Source: the human T2T-CHM13v2.0 reference genome, Homo sapiens. From it: a DNA stretch of 64,000 nt. Positions 14,261 through 27,849 of this stretch are shown here, piece by piece. Made by a program: the position numbers and the translations under genes. Location: NCBI RefSeq assembly GCF_009914755.1, contig NC_060926.1. One strand, written 5' to 3'. Below the pieces are notes generated by a model, which was not told the origin of the DNA, did not search any database, and saw only the letters and a program-made list of their open reading frames with translations. Positions within the stretch are counted from its first letter, which is position 1, and the number at the start of each line of letters is the position of its first letter.

Positions 14261-16147
14261 TGCAGGCGATGTGAATGCCCAGAATATGCCCAAGCTCCGA
14301 ATAGGAGTCACTGCATTGCTTTCACCAGGGAGGTCAGACGTTTGAGCTGGTACAGGCGTTACCTGTCAGCAGAGCCAGCAAAGGACATGCAAAAAATGCA
14401 TGGGGTGACGACAAAATTCACAAGACAGTGACAAAGCTTTTCACATGTTCACAGGTCATACAATTGCCCTTTAGAGATGCAGAAATGGGCAAACTGTGTG
14501 CCGGGTCAGGATAAGTTAATGTAAAGTCAAAATCATATAATTATTTAAGTCTACATCACAATTATTAAAGACTATTTCAGTTCATTCAAGGAACTTCATA
14601 ACTAAAATTTAATGACGTGTTTCATATTACCAATTACTGCAGAAAAGCACAGATATAACTTACTTAGAATGAGCGATGTCATGTGTTTGAAAGTAGATGT
14701 CAAGGGTGATACAGGGTGTGTAACTACACACTATTCTCTTAAGTGGTTTAAACATTTTCTCGGAAATCTTTATGTTATTATTATTAATGTGGTAGTGATG
14801 ACTTTTTAAAAAACTGATAATGCAATCAAATCTTAATTAAGTTCTTCTGGAGCACTATGTATTCTAAATAACATTTCCCGGAGTGTGAAAACAGAATTCT
14901 CTCTTCCGTTCTCAAGAAAGCAGGGAGTTGGAGGGTGGTGCTATCACAAGGTTAGAAGCACAGTAGAAGGTGTTGGAGACTTTGCTTCCAATCATCCCCA
15001 GAGAAACACAAGGCAGCATGGGAAGCCAACAGCCATGGAATCTACGAGAGATGGCGCGGGCCCTGCCTATGGGAGAAAGGTCTCTGATGGTGAACAGCAG
15101 GGCAGGGCCGTGACAGTGTGCCGTCTCCCATGCTGATAGCCTTCCTTGCTATGAAGTACTCAAGCTGGTTCTGTTTCTTAGAACAGGAGGCTGATCCCCA
15201 GGTAGTGCTGACATTTGGGATGGGGGAGGAGCCAGTGCAAATAGCTCCTAGGGCTCCCCCATCCCTGCTGTTCTGTTGCGAGTTGGGGTGTGGAGCTGCT
15301 GAGGAACTGCTCTGGGGCCTGATGGGATGGGTGGTGTGTGCTGTCCTTTCCTGGGGCCCTTGGTGGAAAGGCTCCAAATGGGGAGTTTCTGGGAAGGCAC
15401 GTCCCCACATGAGGCCGACTTGCTGGGCTTGGTGCTCTCGCTGGAAGCTCCCTCCTGGGTCCATGGCTCTGGAGTCTGAGTGCCACAGCCATCACTCCCA
15501 GGACAAGAGGAGACTCTGGGGATGGGTGCATGCCACAGCCGTGAGGATGTGGGTGTGGGCAGACCCACTGTGCTGATGAGGAAATGGAGGCCAGGGGAAC
15601 GGAAGGCATTTGTTTCAGGGCACACAGAGCTATTACATGAATGAGCACACATCCAACCCACAGCACTTGATGACAACACCTCCGGGCTCCCACCCTCCAC
15701 CCTCGGCATCGCTCCAGTTTCTAGGGCAGGGTTCTTCCGGGTAGGCATGTTCCTTGCCTCCCCATTCCCCGGGTCTCTCTCCCAGCATAGGGCCCACCAC
15801 TCACCGCGGACTTTGGTTTTGTTGATGGAATTTGATTAATAATAGCATCAGTCCCCAGAAAGGGAACCTGGAGGGCGATTTGTAAGAATCAGCCCACAGA
15901 TTCTCTCCTGATACTACTGGGCACATCTTTCTGGAAAAAATACTGATCTCTAAATCCGTTCTTTCTGTCAAGCTTTAGGGCGCTCTCCAGGTGAAATCCA
16001 GGACCATTCTCAGTAGAAGCATCAGTAAGAACCACAGGCTCACACCCATGAAACAAAGCAGCAGAAGCTCTAGGTTCACTTTTCCCAATAAAGGTTTATG
16101 GCCCAAATGGAAATGCGCCCATGTTTGCAGGGTTCTTGACTTGGAGA

Positions 16148-16810
16148 GGACATGGCCGTGCTGATATGGCCCACTCCAGCAGGGTCTCCACCAGCCCGAT
16201 ACAGCCCACTCCTCTGAGGTCACAGCTGGCCTGTTATGACCCACTCCTCCAGGGACTTGGCCGGCCCCATACGACCCACTCCACCTGGGACATGGCCAGC
16301 CCGATACGACCCACTCCACCTGGGACGTGGCCAGCCTGATATGACCCACTCCACCTGGGACATGGCTGACCCAATACGGCCCACTGCTCCAGGGACACCA
16401 CCGCCTCAATAAACCCTAATAGGTGTATTGGGAACATGGCCGGCCTGATATGGTCCACTCCACCTGGGACATGGGCCAGACTGATATGTCCCAGTCCACC
16501 TGGGACATGGCCAGCCCAATACAGCCCACTCCACCTGGGACACCACCGCCTCAACACACCCTAATAGAGCCCACTCCATTGGGAACAGGGCTGGCCTGAT
16601 ATGGCCCACTCCACCTGGGACATGGCCCACTCCACCTGGGACATGGCCGACCTGATATAGCTCACACCTCTAGGGTCACAGCTGGACCAATACAGCCCAC
16701 GGCTCCAGGGATGTGGCTGGCTGATATGGCCTACTCCTCTAGGGTCACAGCTGGCCTGATATGACCCTCTGCTCCAGGGATGTGGCTGGCCTGACACGGC
16801 TCCCAGCAGC
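16148..16810. repeat. Diverged 35-bp minisatellite with higher-order blocks
   Basis: Unit about ggccagcctgatatgacccactccacctgggacat; block-end motif gggacaccaccgcctcaa...ccctaatag occurs twice. Confidence 0.9.
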
Positions 16811-17838
16811 CCCTCACAAAGCCTCATTGTTCCAGTGAAGAAGCCCTTGTGTGACTGAGTATGTTCACTGTTTCCGCCCAGAACTGGCCAAAACCTTTGG
16901 ATAACAGAGAATTTGTTTAGCAAAAAAAAGCGGTGCCCCTAGGCTCTCATCTCCAAGAGCCGCCCCCTAGGGAGGACACCTTGGGATTTCCCACACTGTC
17001 TTGCAGTTTGTAGGATCCACTGGCCACATCTGGGATGAGGCACTGCCCGCCCTCAGCACCTGCTCCAGCTCCTGCCCTCACCAATTCTCTGGGCAGAGCC
17101 TCTGGAAGGCACTCCCTGGCCCCTGCCCTTCTTGCTACCCCAGCGCACTGCCCACAGCCACCCTAATCATTATCTAAAGCCACTGCCGTGGCCCCTGAGA
17201 AAGTCACAGAGGGTCCGTCCTGACTTGCCAGACACTGCTGCAGCCGCCTCTCCCTGCTTCTAAGATGGTCCAGGCACCTGCTTGTGCCTAAATGCCCTTC
17301 TCCCTTGGCTTAGGACAGAACTGTGGCACATAACTCTGAGCCCAGCTGGGATATCCCCTGCAGGACATAGCGAATTTCTTTCTCATAAAGATTTCCCTCC
17401 CACTCTGGGGACCTGGAAGGCCCTGCTGCTGGCACTGCCCAGCGCCATCCCTGAAGGCCACAGGCTCACCTGCTCTCAGACGGCACATGGCCCACCAACA
17501 GGAACTTGCTTCACCCTGTGACCACTGCGGGGACGCCCCTCAGTGTGGCAAAATCTAACACACCACCGAAAGAAAACTAAACTGAGTGTGCTTTCAAAGT
17601 GAGTTTGAGTGTTCAGCAGTGGTGTACATGCGTTAGGTTCATTTCTTTTGAAATAAATAATAAGGAAATGTTTAGGGATATCTTTTAAAAACGATGCTCT
17701 ATGAAAGGAGAAAATATTTAAAAATCTGCAGGTGATTCCTTCTCTAAGTGGAAGACAGCGGTGGGCCCTGCGTGGCTTGTGGCGTGGAAGGTGCCCGTGC
17801 AGGAGACCTCCCGGCCCACAGCATGCCTGGGCACTGAC

Positions 17839-17960
17839 CTGTTTTCCTAAGAGGGAAGTCATCTTTGGCGTCGTACATTCCCAGGACCGGGTGGTTATAG
17901 GAGGTCGACACTCCGCTCTGGGGTGGAGAACTCTGGTCAAGGGAACTGTGCTGCGTTTTC
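17839..17960 (-). CDS. HDAC4: HDAC4 coding exon 7 (122 nt, phase 2->1; [40 protein letters not shown])
   Basis: Manual translation matches HDAC4. Acceptor ttctctccag|G; donor ACAG|gtcagt. Confidence 0.97.
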
Positions 17961-20071
17961 CTGGAGAGAAGGCAAAGACAGATGGTTTAGTTTACCCAGC
18001 GCACTGCCCCAGGCATGCTGCAGCCGAGAAGCCACACACGATGATCTTTCCCTTGAAACCTCAGCCCCACCTCAACAGACACCTTTTCCCTAGGGTCAAG
18101 CTGAAATTAAATGGAAACAAACAGGATGCTAAACAAGCAAGCAAACATCCGATGCCCACATCCTCCTCTGCGGGACCAGCAGTGCTTGGGGATGGGATGG
18201 GCAGCACCTCTGGCCGTTTTCCTGGTGGCTGTTCTCCACCTGGCCCTGTCCTCTCAGATGGCTCCAGCCCAGTCAGTTCGCTACCAGGGCCACCACTGGC
18301 CACTCAGAGAGCCTATCCCCGGTGGGGAGAGGAAGAGGAAAACAGTAGGCTGCTGCATAAGGAATCAAAGGTGAGTTCATAGGCAGCTGAGACGGGGCAA
18401 AAAACGGTCTAAGAACAAACGCTGTGATGTGTGGGACTCTCTCTGCCACCTGGAGAGAAGAAGCCCATGGGGCTGTCTCTCAGAAGGCACCCATCGTCAT
18501 CCGTGCCTTCACCAAACTCACCCTGGTCACCTCCCTCTCTGGGGGAGGAACAGGATGGCAGCTACTGATACCCTGTGCCCAGGGAGCTGACCTACGAAAG
18601 GGACTTCCTGTATGAACAGCTGGGTACAACTCCACACCCTCCAGGCAGCAAGACAGGAATCGTCTGCCAGGAGAATGGCCGGAGGACGGACATGGGGAGG
18701 AGGCGGGCCCTGGGCCGGGACGGGGATGTGGGCTGCCACCCGGATGACCATCAGCAAGGCCTTTTTTGACGGCACTGACAGCTCAGTCTTGCTCAAAACA
18801 CTGTGCTGAGTGGAATAAATTCTGAGTCTTTAAACTGCGTAATCTGCTTAATGACTACAAACAAATTTGCCGACTTACTTATTTGGAATTGGTTAGACTA
18901 TTTGAATACATAGTATGGCACACCAATGCACCTGGAGTTATCTGAATTAAGAATGGGAGCTTGTAAATGGGTACAGGTGTATATTTAAATATTTGAGAGC
19001 ACACCAGTGCAAAGAATGTGCTGAAGGGAACTCATAGACAAAATTGAGGAGCCGAGCCCAGGCACCTGGGCAGTGGGGTGCTGGGCCATGCATCACAGGA
19101 GGAGCTCAGGGAGCTCCGGAAAACTGCACAGCTTCAGGCCACGCCCCAACCCCGCCCACTGCTCAGGGCACACCTCCAACCCCAAGCAGCTTCTCGCTGT
19201 TTCCCGGGGAATTCCACCATGCAGTCAGGCTCGGAGTGCAGGGCTGGGACACGCCTGTCTGCACCTGTGCAGGGGCTGTGGCCTCCAAGTGGGACCACGT
19301 CCTTGTGCAAGCCTCCCTTCTCTTCCCTGTAGTTCTACCCCTCGTCTCACAATCTCATGAAAAGGTCTGGGGGCAACACTCTTTCTCTACCAAATAGTAT
19401 TTTCAGATTGTATCCTATGGGGAATGTGATCTTGGCTGATTCCAAACTTCTTCAACACCAGGTGACAGTCTGGGACCATTTCCGCGTTCACTTTTTCCTT
19501 CATGGGAAACACGGAGTGACTTGTACATGCATCCCACGAGTTAAAAAGATCAGTATTTACATAATAATAAATTTAAATAAATGGAATAAAAATTATTATA
19601 TTTGAACGGTAGGATTTGCTTACAGTGAAGTAGGAGTTGCAAAAGTTACATTGGTTTAAGATCTAACAGACGTTCTCTTACTATTCTGATCTCTTGAGGT
19701 GCTTTCAGTGTTAAAATCCCCACTTTCCTGTCAAACCTTAAAACGAGCAGAGCAGCAGGTGCAGGAGGGGCTGGGCCCTGCCCCCCAACTGCCAGCGCCT
19801 CCCCGCTGGACCACCTCGATGGATCCAGAGACCTCACAGGAGCGACCTCACCTCCTGCATAGCCCAGCTCACCGCCAGGAGCACACCATGCAGAGCCCGC
19901 CCCACCGCGCACCCGCCCTCCAGACACCAGGAGAGGGCGGCCCTCACCGTCAGGGCAGGTCACACCCGCCCAGCCCTGGTCACATGGTCCCAGGCCAGAC
20001 CGCACACGCGTGCCCTCCGCGAAGAAGCGTCCAGCAGGGCGAGCAGAAGTGAAGCTCTATCCCTGCTGCAA

Positions 20072-20915
20072 TCACACCCGCACCGCACACAATTACTCTC
20101 ACTCACATCCGCACATCACACAACTGGTAACACTCACATCCGCACATCACACAACTATTCACACCCATGCCTCACGCTACTCACACCCACCCATACCTGC
20201 ACCTCACACTATTCACACCCACACACACCTCACCCATACCTATATCTGCATCTCACTACTCACCTCCACACCTCACACACACACACCCGCACTTCACAAT
20301 ACACCCACTCACACCTGCAGCTCACCCAACTACTCACACCTGCACCTCACTACTACTCGCCCCCAATTCACACTACTCCCACCCACACCTCACATTACTC
20401 ACACCCACATCTCACTTTTCACACCTGACGCTCGCACCTACACTACTCACACCCACTCACGCCCACACCTCACCTCACTACTCACGCCCAACTACACTCA
20501 CACCTGCACTGCACACTACTCACACCCACATTCCACACCCCACACCCACCTCACACCCACACCCCCCTCACAACCTATACCCACCCACACCCCCTCACCT
20601 TACACAAACTCATGCCTACCTCCCGCACTCACACCCATCTACCTCACACCCACTTACACGCACACCCCACCCACACCCCACACACCCACACTTCATGCCT
20701 CACACCCACCCACACCCCACCTCCCACACACACACCCGCATCTCACACTCACACCTGTCACCTTTCCCACACCTCACACTCATACCCCACACTCACCTCA
20801 CCCACTGCACACACCCACATCCCCCATTCACACCCTACACTAAGCTAACCCCGGCCACAGCCCACACTCACACTCACCCCGGCCACACTCCACACTCACA
20901 CAGTCACACTGGCCA
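20072..20915. repeat. About 850-bp low-complexity CA/CAC-rich tract (UG/GU-rich on the HDAC4 pre-mRNA)
   Basis: Direct inspection; it produces the H/T/P-rich spurious ORFs. Confidence 0.93.
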
Positions 20916-21276
20916 CCCCACGGAGCCCTGAGGGCAGAACCTACAGAGCTGCTCCCTCTACCTCACCTGACCATAAATTATCTTCCGATTTTTCAACCTT
21001 TCATTTCCTGCAGCCTGGGGATGGGACACAGACGCTGGGCCAGGAGCCGAGGTGCAGCCCCCACGGGGCCCTGGGGCCAACCCGGATGCCGCACCTAAAG
21101 GCAAACCTTGTCTTCCGGAGGAAGATGGAAAAGCAAATACTGTTTTCTTCTAAACACTGGCTTGACTGTAGAATAAAGCTTCATACAAACTCAACCATTT
21201 CAGTTCCAAACCATTGCCCTTTCATCAGATTCGTACCAGTGATTTCCAAGAAATACAACGAGGAACCACATACGCC

Positions 21277-21586
21277 AGGATACTCCAGCAGAAATGTACC
21301 ATGATGGGAGCCACATGTGAAATTTACAATTTCCTAGTAGCCACATTAACATGGATAAAAATAAATGGGTGGAATTAATTTTAGTATTCGATTAAACCAT
21401 TATAAAAACCATCCTTTCAACTTATAATCGATATAAACATATTAATAAGACACCGTAGGTCCTTTCTTCAGACCAAGTGTCTGAAATTCCATGCTCTGCA
21501 TCTATGGCATGTCCTGGTCGGACCCAGCCACGTTTCAAGTGCTCGGGAGCCACGTGTGGCTTGTGGCAGCCACACTGGAAGGTGCC
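21277..21586 (+). mobile_element. MER33 (hAT-Charlie non-autonomous DNA transposon)
   Basis: gagccacatgtgaaattt...ctagtagccacattaa and tttcaagtgctc-gagccacgtgtggct match the MER33 consensus as I recall it. Confidence 0.8.
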
Positions 21587-21889
21587 ATCTTGTCTCAACA
21601 GTCTTAAAGCTGGAAGCGGTGACTCACGTAAACACCCACAGAGTCCACGCCCTGATGAAGCCACAGCACCATCCATCTCTGCAGCCTCCCAGCCCTGGTC
21701 TGCTTTCTCTCACAGTCGATTCACTTTGCTGACTCTGAATTTCCCATCAGTGGAGTCATGGGGGTGGCCTCTTTGTCTAGGCACCGTGCCTCTGGGGCTC
21801 CCCCAAGCTGCTGCAGGCGCCAGCGGTCCGTTCCTTGTCACTGCGGAGTAGCAGTGCAGGGGCCCCAGTTTGCACGGTAGCGTGTGCAG

Positions 21890-22710
21890 GGGCCCCAGTT
21901 TGCGCGGCCGTTCCCCTGTTGATAGCTTGGTTGTTTCCACTGTTTGGTGACTGTGACCGTAAGATGACGACTCGTCGTGTTGCTTGCTTTCATGTCTTGG
22001 GCAAATACGGAGAAGCATTGCTGGGTCACAGGGTTGGTGGGTATTTGTCTTTGTAGGAAACTGCCTGCCTGTTTTCCCACGTGTGATTCAGATTCCAACA
22101 GGCAGCACACAGAGGTCCAGGGACACCGCATCTGCTCCAGCACCCGGCCTGTTTCACTCCGGCCATCCCCACAGGTATGAAGGGGCTGCTTGCCGCAGTT
22201 TTGATTTGCATTTACCTGATGACCAGCCATCTTGAGCATCTTTTCCACACTTACTGGCCATCCCCATGCCTTTTTTTGTGAGGTACCTGTTCAAACCTTT
22301 TGACCGTATTTTTAAGTGGGCGGCTTGTCTTTTTACTATTGAGTTATAGGAACGAGCTCTACATTTTGGATACAAGCGGTTTGTAAGATATACGCATTGT
22401 GAATATTTCCTTCCATTCTGTAGCTTGCTTTTTAATTTTCTTAATGGTGCCTTTGAAAGAGCAGAAGTGTTTCAGTTTGTGGAAATATCATGTTTTGGGT
22501 TTTTGGTATCTAGCCGATGATTTTGGCGACCTAAGAAATCTTGCCTCCCCCTCCCCATCAAGGTTGGGAAAAGTTTCTACTAGGTCTCCTTCCAGTTTGA
22601 TCAGTTTTGCGTCTAGGCTCAGGTCTATGACATCTGAACTAATCATGCGTGGTGTGAAGCTGGGATCAGGGTTTCAGTTCTTTCCCTATGAAGAGCCGGT
22701 TTTCTGACAA
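21890..22710 (-). mobile_element. Old L1M 3'-end fragment
   Basis: ttttgatttgcatttacctgatgacc...ttgagcatcttttc...ttactggccat is the antisense L1 ORF2-end/3'UTR signature. Confidence 0.8.
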
Positions 22711-24582
22711 AGTTTCTGCCACCACTCCATGATGTTTAAGTTCAGGGTTCAAATACGGCAAAACAAGAAAACCACCAGGCTCCAGGAAAACAAACCTGTC
22801 CTATGGCTGACTTGAGATCAAGTCCTTCCCCCTCCAGCCTGAAGGTCCCCAGAGCCCTCTGAGAAGAAGTACCTCCGGCCCCTGCCATTAAAGCCAGGGC
22901 ACGCCGCCCTTGTCCAGGCCAAGACACTCACCTTGAACACCCAGCTCACCCAGGGAGTTCCAGGAAAAGTCAGTCCTCCCAGCCCCAGCCACTCTGTTTG
23001 CCACCCCTCCTCCCTGAAAGCCCCCCATCTCCCGTCTCTCAGCACGTCCCTCAGCGCCCTGAGGCTGCCCCAGGCCACTTCTTCTCCCGTGGCCTCCTTG
23101 ACTGCAGGTGCAGCCTTTCCTTGGGCCTGCTGCTCCGTCCTCCCCTCAGGTCCAGGCCACTGCCCGGCTTCTATTCCTGCTGGCCTCGGCCCCCCGTCCA
23201 CTGTCCACTGACTCCTGGGTGAGGGGGCGCCAGCTCCCCACCTTCTTCCATGCTGCCGTGGCCACCCTCTGGGGGCTGCCCTGTGCTCACCGTGACCCCT
23301 GCTTCCCAGCAGCCCCACTGCTCTAGTCCTCCAACTCCCGCTGCAGCCTCCCAGACTCTGTGCTCCTCTTCAGAAAGGGCTGCCCGTGCTTGCCCCACTC
23401 CTATCACTGTCTTCTCAAAGCTCGCTTGCTCGGCTGCCTCACAGGGGGACCCAAGGCGGCCCTGCCCTGGTCCAGCAGGCTCTGCACTCCAGCTCTCCAT
23501 CCTCCGCCAGGCCCCAGGCCCACCCTGCCCCTGGCTCCTCATCCTGCCCTTTCCAGCTTGGGCCCCAGGGGCACCATCTGAACCACGATCCACACTCCTG
23601 TCCCTTGCTCCTTCTGCCCTGCAACCCCACGCCCTGCCCCAGCCAGTAGGACAATGGAGTTTCTCCACAACCAGTCCAGGCAGTGGACTGGCTCTGGGGA
23701 CACAGATCGGGGTCTCCCCCAAAGCGGGCTCCCAGGTGCCGGTTGCCAGCGATTCTCAGGAAGCCACCTCCTCTCTCAGGTCCCAGTGGGTCACTGCTGT
23801 CACGTGCTGCCTCCCATGGACGCCGGTCTCACTCCTCCTTGCAAGTTTGTGTGTCCCTGGTCGAGTTACCCAAATCCAGACGGTGTGTCTGCCGTGAGTG
23901 CAGCTTATGTGCCACTGGCAAGCACAGCGGCTGCCAGAGTGGAGGACGTGGGCCACCTGTGCTGGAAACACCTTTTGGGATGTGTCGGGGTAGCGGGCGG
24001 CCTCCACGGAAACAAGGGGGATCGCGTCTGAGCTGTGGGGGGGTCTCACTACACATAGCTGTCCATTTTGAGGCTTGAGAATAGCTATTTTTTTTCCAAC
24101 GAAATTACTGATATTTCGATTTACAAAAACTCCCTTATGGGATTTTTTTCTAGAAATGAAATGAACCTTGAGAGCAGCAGAAAACTACATTTCAAAGCGA
24201 TCCTCTGTTGCCCTTGCTCACTGTTTCAAGCCGCATCACCTCGCCACTCGCTCGCACTGTGCTCTGTGAACTCTCCCCCCGAAGGCCTTCTTTTGCATGG
24301 CAGGTCGGCTCTCTTCAGTCCTCAGACGAACAAGCCTTTTGTGGTCTCTGTCAATTGCGTGGGCCCTGGCAGGGTTTCTTAGTATAAAATAATAGAAGTA
24401 CCACGGGGGCTTCCTGACTAGCCTAAGAATTATTGAAACGTCAGGTGGGAGCGCTGTCGGAGCACAGAGGATTCAGACAAGAGTTCCAGTTTAAGTGGCT
24501 CTTATTGTGGCTGAAAAATGGCACAACATTACCAAGAGTAACGACAGGCACCAGCCTCCGGAGCACTGCTCGGTCCCTCTGC

Positions 24583-24835
24583 AGGGGGGCCCACTCCCAT
24601 GAGGACGGCCACCGTGTGAGTGGACCCCCAGACCACGTCACTCTGGAGGGGGGCCCACCCCGTGAGGATGGCTGCTGTGGAAGTGTACCCCCAGACCACG
24701 TCACTATGGAGGTGGGTCCCCCTGTGAGGGCAGGGGCAGCTGCCGTGTGAGTGTACCCCCAGACCATGTCACTCTGGAGGTGGGCCCCTCCGTGAGGACG
24801 GCTGCCGCACGAGTGTACCCCCAGAACACGTCACC
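24583..24835. repeat. 62-68-bp minisatellite, about 4 copies, about 150 nt into intron 6
   Basis: acccccagaccacgtcactctggagg recurs at about 24625, 24688, 24756 and 24818. Confidence 0.9.
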
Positions 24836-24987
24836 CACATCCGAGCACCACTGTGCTTGGGGTTTCAATTCCTCACCCTCCTTCCCTGCCTCAGGTGAAG
24901 AGCTGGCTCCATGCAAATCTACCGGCGATCAGACAGTCCTCTGGGCCCCCAGAGAGGAGGCCGGGGTGCTCCCCACACCCACACTTA

Positions 24988-25311
<324 letters not shown>

Positions 25312-26126
25312 TCATTGCATTCTATTTAAAATGCAGATTTAATCATCCGAAAGACTTATTGTTAGCTAACACAAAACCCACTTCTGAAGGAAGTTTTAAT
25401 ATTCTTACATAAAAGAACACTCTGAATTAGGCAGTGGCAGCGTGGTGGTTGCATTCTTGCTACCGCAAAGCAGAATCTAAGAGAGAAGGCTTTGTGCAAA
25501 TGGATGCATCACGCAGGGACAAAGCCAGTCTCACAGGCACGCGTGCTTCCTTCTACACCTGCGCCGACATGACGGCCGGCTCTGCTTCCAACAGCATCAA
25601 AGGGCAGCGCCTGTCCTCCCCAGCTTGGCAGCTCAGACTCAGGCAGAGTGACTGCACCAAGTGGGACCGAAGTCGAAACTGTGGTTTTCTTCCGTGGCGG
25701 TGATTCTTTTTCAAAGCCTCATTAAAGGGAACTGGCAAAAAAGGCCACTCTCACCGCCTGAACACAAGGCCTGTTAGCACGGAGGCTGCTCGCCTCAGAT
25801 CTCCAATCTAACCACACAGTACTTCTATCCTTCTTACAGCACCTTAAGTATCTTCCTAGTGTTGCATAATATTCAGATAGCGTTTGTAATGGTCAAAAAC
25901 ACACCCTGAGGTGAGTGAAGCATGTTTACAAAACCACTTCCCGACTGGGAGGCAGTTTTGGTTGTTAGAAACCACGCTGCAGTGAACATTTATGAGTGGG
26001 TAACACTGACTACCTTTAGAATTACTTGCTTAGGACATCTTGGCAAAGTGACTACATCTAACAAACTTACTATTCTAACCCTCGGCACATCTTGGTAAAT
26101 TGCTGTCCAAAATATCCCTACACATA

Positions 26127-26428
26127 GGCCAGGCCCGAAGGCTCACACCTGGAATCCCAGCACTTTGGGAGGCTGAGGAGGGCAGACTGCCTGACCCCAG
26201 GGGTTCGAGACCAGCCTGGACAACATGATGAAACCCTGTCTCTACTAAAAATACAAAAATTAGCCGAGTGTGGTAGCATGTGCCTGTAGTTCCAGCTACT
26301 TGGGAGGCTGAGGTGAGATAATCACCTGAGCCCGGGAAGTCCAGGCTACAGTGAACCAAGACTGTGCCACTGCACTCCACCCTGCGCAATGCGAGTTTAG
26401 ACCCTGTCTCAAAAGAAAAAAAGAAAAA
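26127..26428 (+). mobile_element. AluJ element (antisense to HDAC4)
   Basis: Two-arm Alu with a J-like right arm (gagcccgggaagtccaggctacagtga) and an A-rich tail. Confidence 0.93.
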
Positions 26429-27849
26429 TGAAACTTCTCTACACGCTGACGCCCTGAACCACCCATCCACCTGCAGCAGGGGCAGCTGCTCCTCCTGCTG
26501 GTCCTCAAATCACCATTTGCCCAAATCCAAAAGCCAGCAGGCATCACTGTGAGGCACCCCTGAGCACCACTGGACACGCGCCGATTTCCTCTCTTGCAAG
26601 ATAATTCATGTCCTTGGCTTATGTGTTCTTAGAATCTTCCGGCGATGTGCACAGTGGTGTTGTGGGTCTGTGTGTGTGTGTGTGTTTCATACTTGTATCC
26701 ACTGGAGTTGCGTGGGTTTCTTATGATAATGGCTGTATCGAGAGCCTAGTATATGCCAGCCCTGGCCTGGTTCGGCCTCGCATGAGAGCTATAAATAGGT
26801 ATTCTCATCCCCCGACTGTGGATGGAGAACACAAAGGCGGCCAGGTGCGCCTCAGGTGAGGTTGGCTCAGTTACCAAGTCTCATGGACGCCCTGGTTCGT
26901 GGCTCTCGGCTGCTCCGTGTGTGTGTGCATTTACCCTGCCTCTTGTTTCCTTTTACAATTTGGGTAAAATGTTCAAATGCTTGTTTTTATAAAGTCTATT
27001 TTAGTTTTTCCTTTGTGAGTTTTCCCTTTCCTTAAAACTCTGCCATTGTTCCTCCTTTCAGTGGTTAATAAGCCATCATTTTAATTTTATCCTTGGTTCT
27101 GGTGCTGGGTTTTCATTCATTTGGTTATTTGCTGAATTTTTTCATGACTCACTCTGATGGCTCAGAAATGGATTTGGCATATAAGGCTCTATGGATATTC
27201 TGACCAACTGCTAATAAATGATTAATATCATTAGAAAGATGTCTTTTCCTTGCCACCTTCATCACATACCAAATGTCTTTGCTGCCACTCACAAATGGAG
27301 TTTTTGTTAGTTAGGCTCATTCTGTGTTCCCTACGGCAGAACCCCACTCCCATTACATTAAGGTGGAACTTTAATGTCTGGTCAAGGGTCAGTCAGCAAT
27401 GAGACGCCTGGAAACAGGGTCTACCCAGGCTGTGGTGGGGCCTGCACTAGCCAAGCCAGGGAAACACAAAGACATTAACTACACGACCACCAACATGAGT
27501 CCGGGAAGGGCCACCGTGATGCATGAGGCTTCAGGCTCAGGGCTCTCTGTCGGTCTGAGAAAATCATGTCATTGCCCGAGTCAAGCTGTGCCTGTGATGT
27601 CCCCCAGCTCATGCTGCTGAAGATGTCTCATCACCTAAGTTGTGACTGCGGTGAGCACTGCCCCAGGTAGGGTGGCGGTGGGGGGACAGGAGGGATGCTT
27701 TTTCAGGGCACCCGGCGTTAGACTCGAACATCACTTAGAAGCACTTTTAGCTGAACTGTCTGTCTGTAAGGGGACTGGTCAGAAGATCACACACTTATGG
27801 AAACCATTCGCTTCTACCATTCCCAGGCATGTGAGCACTGGCATTCCTA

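Noticed and set aside
20010-20931. 277- and 254-aa His/Thr/Pro-rich ORFs
   Set aside because: Low-complexity CA-rich DNA that lacks stop codons by composition.
22926-22934. Perfect donor AAG|GTGAGT on the minus strand
   Set aside because: No convincing pyrimidine-rich acceptor at exon distance upstream; isolated donors are common.
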